From the NCBI RefSeq assembly GCF_009834535.1, contig NC_045713.1, positions 23,436,001-23,500,000 on the forward strand: DNA of 64,000 nt, in the 5' to 3' direction. Below are positions 12,414 through 21,016 of the stretch, one piece after another; positions within the stretch are counted from its first letter, which is position 1, and each line of letters begins with the position of its first letter. A program made the translations under genes and the position numbers. Origin of the DNA: Camelus ferus. Lineage: Eukaryota. Below the pieces are notes generated by a model, which did no database searches, was not told the origin of the DNA, and saw only the letters and a program-made list of their open reading frames with translations.

Positions 12414-13374
12414 AAATAGAGTTTGGAAACTTTTAATGAGTGTAAACCATGATGTTGGTAAAACTACCCTATAGAATTGAAGTAATGAGGATGAATGAAA
12501 AACCCCAACTGGTTTAAATCCCTTAAGAGAATCTTTAGAGAAAAGCTCACTGCTTGGCATGTCATTCACGGATGGTAACTATTTTGTGTCGCTTACCAGG
12601 ATAATGCTAACAGTCCTAATACTCAAACTCCAGATTACAGACAGTGCAGGCAGAGTCTTACCTAGAGCGCAACCCTGGAATTAACAATGAAGTGGAAAGT
12701 CATGGCCCTTCCCCTGAGAAAAAGCGCCATGTGAGCTGTGGGCCGGTTGCCGAGCGTACCTGGGGTCCCCCACCATGACTGCTCATTGTTTTCCAGTGCT
12801 TTGCAGAAGAGCAGTGATGAGTGAGATTTCCAGCGCAAAGGTTTCAGAGGTTCATGGAGTTTAAGAAAGGAAAGAGATGCTCTTTTTCTACCTAGGGTTC
12901 CTGTCATCTCTAGGGGGTGGTGTTGGCCAATGAGGGGCTAAACTACTTGAGATCTTTGTGGTGAATGTCTGTGTGTCCCTCGTGGACGAAGTAGTTGGAG
13001 AAAGACTGACTTTATGGTTCATTACATTGGCATATAATTTAAGTATCTTTTTTAGCATCCTTATAAATTCCAAGAAGTCCTAGATTGGTGAAAAGAAATT
13101 TACAATTGATACTTGATTCAATTCATTAGTGGCGTGCCAACAAAACTCAAATGTGGAATTCATACTGAACACGGGTAATCTAGCAAACAGTCCCCAACTT
13201 CTCTGTAAGTACTCTCTTTGATTTAATTAATTTTAAATGTTTGCCTAAGGTGGAACTTGTATGCCAAAAATGACATCAGTATCGCTATTTCTGTACGTAT
13301 CTAGCTATGGACAACCTTCCCTGGTGACTTTCTAAATCCCTCCTCTGTGCCTCATCACCGCCGTCTCGAGAGTC

Positions 13375-13540
13375 CTTACTGGGCACCAATGCAGTTTTCA
13401 TGTATTCTTGTATTTAATCCTCTTTAACAACCCTAGGAGGTAGGTGGTGTTAATTCTATTTTATAAATGAATTCAAATGAATTTTACAGAGGACTTTGAA
13501 CCAGGGCCTGGAGAGCACTGAGGCCCACGCTTTTAAACAG
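13375..13540 (-). mobile_element. MIR SINE
   Basis: tttaatcctctttaacaaccctaggaggtaggtggtgttaattctattttataaatga...ggactttgaaccagggc is a - strand MIR core. Similar MIR relics occur at about 2630-2800, 8460-8545, 14010-14160, 17690-17830, 18135-18350, 24280-24460, 25030-25210, 40270-40440, 48800-48960, 58770-58830 and 61440-61700. Confidence 0.65.
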
Positions 13541-16089
13541 TACCCTCTTCTGCCTCCTTTCACGGTTGGTTGCAAGGCCCCTGGTCCTCCCCAGGGACCC
13601 CATGAAATGAAGACCCCACACAGCGGGCACTGGGCTGACTTGTAGGAACCGGAGTGAAGTTACATTATGTCATCTTATCTCTCCCCCTCTTCCTGTTGCC
13701 TTTCAACCACAGTATTTGGCAGGAATCTGTGAAGTAGGAGATTTATGATATAAAAGAAGGAGGTGGCAGAGTTCCCATCTCCTGCTGGAGGAGGCAGAGC
13801 TAGCTCACGTGGAAATACACGCACTCTTGACAAGAGAATATTTTTGTGTGTGCACAGAATAATATGCAACCTTGTAATCCTAGCTACGCACACACATATG
13901 GTCGGATGGCACTGTAGTAAATTAGTGTGACGTTGGTCAGAAATGGGAGGAAAGATGAAGACATGCGCATTTCTTGAAGCTCTCAAAATGCCTGGTTCTT
14001 TGCACCTATGAATTCATTCATTTCACAACATACCTGCAAGCTACGTACTATTTTTGCCTTTATACAGTTGGATAGTGCAAGGCAGCTTACGGAACTTGTC
14101 CAAGTTCACAGAATTAATACATGGCAGAGCCATCATTTGAATCCTTGGCCATATCTCCCTGAACCCACCCTCTTTCCTACGGTACTTCTCTGCCTGCCAG
14201 GCAAGGGAGTCATTAGAATGATCTAGAATGCTGCAGATAGATGAGGTGTGGTTGACAGCTGGAGGAGGTTTTCTCCAATCCCTCGATGAAATAAAAAGCA
14301 ACCGCTGTCTCGAGGGCCCTGCATGCCCTGCCCTACATCCTCTGCTTTCTTTTCCTCCTTAGCTCCTCTGCCATCTTGCATTTTATGAATTAAATTGTCC
14401 CTTCCCACCAGGATATAAGGGCTATTGAAGCCAGGCCCTTGCTTCCCTCATTACTGGGTCGCTTTTGCTTAAAATCGTACTAGGCACTGGACACCGTGGT
14501 CAATACCTTTCTGTTGAAGTAACGATCACAGCTGTGATTGAACGCTTTTGTGACAAATGACCCAAATTTACTGTTTCTGCTCAATGATGATGGCTACCCA
14601 TGAACGATGATTACAAGAGAACTTTAGTTTGGAAATTTTCCAAAGACTTTTTTTTTTTTTTTTTTTTTAGCCCCTGAAATGAAGGACAGAGTTGTGAGCT
14701 GTGAGTGGAGGGAGTCAAAAGCGACAAAAAAAAATTATAATTATCCTGTCCATACTTTGGGTTAGCATACAGAGTTGTCATTACTTTGAGAAATAATTCA
14801 TCCAATGCTAAAAAAAAAAAAAAAAAAAAGAGGCTATCCTGTGTGTTTGGAAACAAGGGGGCATTCATCACATTAAAACAGCAAAAACTTTTCAATCCCA
14901 TCCATTAACTCAGGAAGCTGCAAGTCGGTGCAGCGCTGCCTCGCCTGTCTATTTAGTATTTCCAGACAATGACGGTGCAGTACAAAGCAATTTGCTTTTA
15001 TATAATTTCCTTCATGCTTGCAAACACAACAAGCATCACAGGGAGAGTCAATCACGAGCTAAAGAGAAAAAGGGGATTGATTTAAAGCGGGAGAGTGGTT
15101 CATTTGCTTTGGGGTATGAGAAACAATTATTTCAATAGGCCAGGCTTTCTGCAGGAAGTCAGGTGAATAAGAATGTCTGTGCTGGCCGGCTGCTTCCTCA
15201 GGACGGCTTTGCCTAAGTAACTTTTTCTATTTAAAGGATTTCTTACTGAGCCGTAAATGCTTTTAACGAGATGAAGGCTAGGCTGGCCTGCTGTAAACCT
15301 GGGAGCAATAGTTCCATTTCCCCCCACTTTTCCCAAAGATCATCTGCTCTAACACTGAACCAGGGTGGGAAATACTGCTCCGTTTACTGTACGTCCTGTG
15401 TTGGAAATGTGCTTGGATTTCAGCCGCGTTTGAGAGCCCAGTCTTCAGATCAACTCCTTCTTAGCTCTGTGGACAGGATTCATTTATTTATTGATGTTTT
15501 TGTTTGTTTGTTTTTTGAGAGCATTAGTTCATTTGCCTTTCGAGATGTATATTTTTTATCTTCCTTTGTGTTCTAATGGACAGATCCAACCAGGTTTTTA
15601 TTTGATTTCTGTAATAAGCTGCAAAACTCATAAAAGTCCTTTTGAAGTGTCAGGCGTGGCACTAGGGTTAAGATCTACAGAGAACACTAGACCCAAGGAT
15701 GGCCTCAGGAAGCTTTCCTGACCCGAGAGCTTAGGAAAGTCAGGTCCCTGAGCTCAAATCCATTACTTGTGGGGGATTCAAAGACTTCTCCACGATTCCT
15801 TTGAATTCAAAGGGGCTTATATCGCGGGTTCCCCTGTGTCCCTGGCTCCTTGTTTTCTGCAGTGTCTCCTGGGTATTTGAACCCTGACGTACAAATTCTT
15901 TGTGATGCTGGTTTTGATAGAGTTCCATAAACTGGTGATGAGGTGAGTGGACGTTAATGAAGATCCAAAGGACCCTGGACGCTGGGAGGGCTCATGTCTC
16001 ACAGGCAGGGAGGTGGTGATGACAAGGTGACCCCCTTGATAGGAGGTGAGGCAAATGGAACTTTGGCCTTGTGATCGCCCTCCCAAAAC

Positions 16090-16830
16090 CTATAAACCTA
16101 GTTGAATCATGAGGAAGAGGCTATAGCAATCCTGATTGAGGTACACTCTACAAAAGACCTGAGCAGTACTTCTCATGAGGTGCCATGTCACATTCTTCAA
16201 AAATGAGGAAAAACTGAGAAATGGTCACAGCCAAGAGGACACGAACGGAAGATAATGACTAAGGTACCATTCCTATGACATCTTGGATGGGTTCCTAGAA
16301 CAGGAAAAGGACGTTAGGTGGAAACCAAGGGAATCACTCCATGTGCGGACTTTTGTGAATAATAACGTCTTAACATTGGTTCATTCATCTGACAGATGTA
16401 CCCTATCAATATGACTTCAAAAAATTTTATTTTTTATTGAACTGTGGTTGATTTACAGTGTTAGCTTTGGGTGTACAGCAAAGCAATTCAGTTAAACACA
16501 TACACACAGACATATATTTTCAGATTCTTTTCCATTATAGCTTATTATAAGAAGTTGAATATAGTTCCCTGGGCTACACAGTAGGTCCTTGTTGTTTATT
16601 GGTTTTATCTATAGTAGGTGTATCTGTTAATCCCAAACTCCTGATTTATCCCTCGCTCTAGTTCCCCTTTGGTAACCATACTTTGTTTCCTATGTCCATG
16701 AGTCTATTTCTGGTTTGTAAATAAAATTTGCAAATATGATGTTAATAGTAGGGAAAAGTATTGATGCGTGTGAGCTATATGGGAACTCTCTTCATAATTT
16801 TTTCTGTAAATCTAAAAAAAATAAAAAACT
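16090..16830 (+). mobile_element. L1MC-type 3' end, split by a younger L1
   Basis: cttggatgggttcctagaacaggaaaaggacgttag...atgttaatagtagggaaaag...tatgggaactctc...tttctgtaaatctaaaa matches old L1MC 3' UTRs. Confidence 0.75.
16415..16732 (-). mobile_element. Young L1 3' end nested in L1MC
   Basis: ttattgaactgtggttgatttacagtg...ttccccttTggtaaccata... is an artiodactyl L1 tail. TSD AATATGA at 16408-16414 and 16733-16739. Confidence 0.85.
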
Positions 16831-19800
16831 CTGTGAAAGGAAACTAAAAGCCATGGGCCATCAATCTTCCAGCAGCCGATGATGGATTCCCCCTTCCCAG
16901 TGCCCTGGCCCAGGACTAAGCGGTGACTCCGCTCTGCTGAGCCCGGAGAGCGTGCTTGGAGCAGGGCTCAGCCCACAGCAGCAAAGCTCACTCTCCTTGG
17001 TTTCTCCCCTTGCTCCCCGCTTGGGGATCTTAGTTTCCTTTGCTTCCAATAGCGCTCGGCCACCACCACAGGCAAATACCTGGCTGCCTGGCATGTTGTT
17101 GTTCACCGCACTGGGGGAAAATGAGCCTTCTTACTGGAGTTTGGGTCCCTGAGCAAGAAATAGAAAAGAAAAATGGTGCATACGGTGGGGCGTTGAGGTC
17201 GAGAGAGAGATTGGGAGCCAGATGATTGAGAAGTCTGTCGATGACTCAGAGTTTGGGGGAATTCTGCTCTTCTCCCCTCCCAACTTACATCATTCCCCAG
17301 ACTCCAGGAACACTCCTGCCTTCACCTCCACCCAGCTTCTAGGTGAGCAGTAAGGAGTGGGTGGTTGGCACTGGCGATTTCCATCCTCAGGATTTAAGAG
17401 CTGGAAAGATGTGATCTATTCGAGTCTAGCTTTCATGCTGGTTTTCGATGGTCTGTGTACGCTCTCTCTTGCTTCTTGTTTTCTGAAGTCTGTACTGAGC
17501 ACTGGAAACACACTTGAACTGAAACTGATGGTGTGCAAAGACCTCTGGGAATCCCAGGGGTGGTTTGATAGCAGCCTGAGGTTTCGTCTTCCCAAACTTC
17601 TCGGGAGCTGGTTGAGAGAGCAGAGGTGGGGGAGTGGGCGTGGGGCTGCCTCGTTTACCCTCCAGCTCTGTGACTCTGGAGGAAACATTGAGCCTCGATG
17701 TATCTGACGTGCAGAATGGGGGCATCCTGACACCTTGCTTCCTAGGACTACGGGGAGATTAAATGCGTCAACACAGGCAAGGACGCTTAACAGTGCCTGC
17801 CGTCTGGTAAGTTCCCAATAAATTTTAGCCGCCCCACCTCCCCAGTTCGCTCTGTATACTTAAAATGTGAAGCAGTAATATTTCACATTTCGTCTTCCTC
17901 TTGATTTCAGGAGATAGACAGCTAGAGCCAAGGCTTGTCTTATCTTAGAAAAAGATTAGAAGTCATCAGCCTAAATGTAATATTTGCAATTGAGCTAACT
18001 TAAACTCTGTCCAGATTATTAATTCACAAATCAATTCCATAGGTAAAGAGCAAGCTGAGAAGTCTCGTTTTTTTCCCCATTATTAATGGACTATTTATAT
18101 ATATAATATATATAATGTATAATAATTTGAGTATTTTATTTACTGGGCCACTATTCTGTGCAGACTCCGTGGTATGTGCGTTATGTGATTATGTCTGATC
18201 TTCCCAACAGTAGAAGGGAGAAACTATTATTTTTTTCACTTAACCTAACATCAGAGAGGTTAGGGGACCTTCCAAGCTTGCAAGGCTTGAAGCTAGGGTT
18301 CAGAATGGGGCTTGCAGATTCCAGAGATAACCTCCCCATTGCGATGCTCTATTACCTCTGTTTGCTCAATAACTTAGAAAAGAGTGGTAAGAGATATGCT
18401 GTATCTCCCTGTCTTTGTGGGGAGACGGGACGCTGTTTGGACATGACAATTCAGTGAGCCAGGGTCTGAAGAGTCAGTCCCCATTGGTAAATGTTCAGCT
18501 TGTTGCCGATGAGGGTCTTTCAAAAGCTCATGGTCTTCCTGAACCCCTAAAGATGGACGTCTTCAGCCGCTAGCTGGAAAGACTTCCTGTGACGTGTTTG
18601 ATGGGGTTTTTAGGGCTAGAATATATTCTCAGAATGGGAGAAGCCCCCCCCCCCCATGTTGCCTCTTGTTAGCCCTATGCTTTTATTAACCACGCCTTGT
18701 CATTGGCGTGAGATACAACGAACATCACACCATCCAGACAGTATCCTTCACTCATATCCTGCTGACTTTTATCCCTGTTGCAGCTGCTTCCCTAATTAAG
18801 TAGTTTTACGGACCTTCAGTCCACTCATCACTTCTACCCCAAATGGACCTAGTGTGTTGGTAGCCATCCAGAATTGGAAGACCCTACTGTGCGTGCCTCA
18901 TGGCATCATCTAAAGGCAACAAAAGCTTTGAAGATGCTTAAAAAATACACTTGAAATCACTTAGTAGCATTTATATAAATTATAAAACTTCATCTGGTGC
19001 TTAAAATTAACACGGGGATATTAGATCATTAAATTAATGGGATGTGATCTATGTCCTCCAAGGTTTCAAAAACACCCTTCTTTTTAATTGTTAATTAGGG
19101 AAAGTAGTGATCACGGAACATGAGGAACAATTTTGCTTATTTTCAATGTGTTGTGTGTGATTATGTGAATTATTAACTCTGAGTGGCATTCAATTTAGTT
19201 CATTTCTGTGGCTTTATGAACTATTTCCAGTCTACATCTGTTCCTGTTTTCAATTAAAAAATATGACATACAGATTTCAGCCTGTACCTTGTAATGAAGA
19301 TAAGAAGGGGGAAAAAAAAAAGGGAAAAAAAAACCTTTCTTATACTTTTACGTAACTGTGTAGTATTTCTTTACAGAATTTGTCCCACTGTATACCTGCC
19401 TTAAAGACTTACCTATAAGGGACCGTGATGTGCCCAGATTTTGGCGAAGAAAATCTGAACTTTTAGTTTGTGCTGTTACACCTGCACTGCTGGGACCAAA
19501 AGTTCTTATCAAGTTTATTGCGATTATTTTAACATTCTGAAACAGATTGTCCACGCTAAATTTGGAAAAAAAAAATCCAAGTGAAAGATAGATGTGTTTG
19601 CAGCTTACATCTCGAGTTTTTATTATAGTTGTCCTTGAGTGTTTTTGAAACTCTCTCTACTTCTGTTTTATAGAAATGGTGCCATCACTCGATTCCATCC
19701 AGTGTTATAATGCAGTTGTAACATTCCAGGGAAGGATGGAGCATCTATTACCTGACAAAGCCTTTGTAAAGTAGATTATGCAATTTCAGGGGTTTTTGAA

Positions 19801-19953
19801 ATAATCTGCCCAGAAATGTACTTACTCATCATGGTTTTTATTAAAAATATGCTCTGCTATGAAGGCTATTCATTTGTGTTTCTAAGGTGAACAGGGAAAG
19901 GGCCACTCTGTTGCCCAGCTCCAGGGATGCTTTTACATAGATGGCAATGTAAA

Positions 19954-19971
19954 CAGCGCCCCCTACAGTGG
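19954..19971 (-). promoter_or_regulatory. Candidate CTCF core motif
   Basis: The - strand reads CCACTGTAGGGGGCGCTG. The 3' part TAGGGGGCGC matches the consensus CCASYAGRKGGCRS; there are two mismatches in the 5' part. Confidence 0.4.
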
Positions 19972-20439
19972 TGCAGCATATAGTCTGTGGTCTTGAAGGA
20001 TCCAAGTTTCTTCAGGTTATTTAAGCTGAAGACCAGCATCTTTGCTTTAATGGGGTCCTGTCACATCCCGTTGTCTTCTGTTCCTTTAGGCAGATATAGT
20101 TTGCATTTGAAGGGACCCTGAGGAGACCACATTGAGCCCTCTGTCTGAAATGTTCATCTTAAGGCACTCCTCTCAGCAATGTATTTTCACCTTCTAATAT
20201 GTTACAAATATGTAATATTGGCAAAGTAGTTGATAACCACATCACATCATCAGGCTAATTTCAGTCACTGAGACAGGCTCAGGAGCGATGGGACACAGTG
20301 TTGAAGAGAAGGAAAACACAGCAAAGATTTTGACACCCGAAGCACTGCTCGGGGGGCAAATTTGTGAAAGGGTACCGACACAGAAGCTCAGACACTCCGA
20401 ATAAGGGCAGGAAGGTGCTGAGAAAAGATGCTGGTCAAT

Positions 20440-20588
20440 GGTCCTAAAAGCTGGTGAATCAGAATCACCTATAAACGACCAGTTCTTGGAGCTGCCCCCA
20501 CTCCAGACCAGTTGAATCAGAATGTCTGGGGTGGGGACATAGGCATAGTATATTTTTCAAATTTCCCCATGTGTTTCTTGTACACTCT
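20440..20588. mobile_element. MER5-type hAT-Charlie MITE
   Basis: atcagaatcacct...ccccactccagaccagttgaatcagaatgtctggggtgggg...ttccccatgtgtttctt...ttgagaaccactgg. Confidence 0.75.
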
Positions 20589-20968
20589 CAGCATTGAGAA
20601 CCACTGGGCAAGAGAAGCACTAAAAGGAAAACGAATACAGGGACCCTTTCTTCCCTCCCTCCCTCCATCCATCCATCCATCCATCCATTCCAGCCAGCCA
20701 GGCATTTAACAAACACTTATTAAGAACTTCCTATGTGCTATCCACTGTTCTATGAGCTGGAGATACAGCTGAGAACAAAACAGATAAAGCCCCTATCTCT
20801 GGGAACTTAATTCTAGTGTACTGAATCAAATCCTTCTTGATTCACTAGAAATCAAGTCTGGGTGGGGGGTAATTACAACATACAACCTTTCAGCAAGAGC
20901 ACAGCAGAATCATGTTCATTGTAATACTCTTTTGGACCACAGAAAGGAAGTCTTGCTCCCTCCTCCAA

Positions 20969-21016
20969 AACAAACAAACAAACAAACAAACAAACAAAAA
21001 CAAAACAAAAAAAAAA
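20969..21016. repeat. (AAAC)n repeat; other simple repeats are (CCAT)n 20662-20690, (GGAT)n 24030-24075, (CCAT)n 26142-26180, (TG)n 6772-6790 and 61128-61148
   Basis: Read directly from the sequence. Confidence 0.9.

Noticed and set aside
17746-17806. 61-nt + strand exon candidate ending CTG|GTAAGT
   Set aside because: The donor is the ordinary MIR 3'-end motif (catagtaagtgctcaataa), and the length is frame-shifting.
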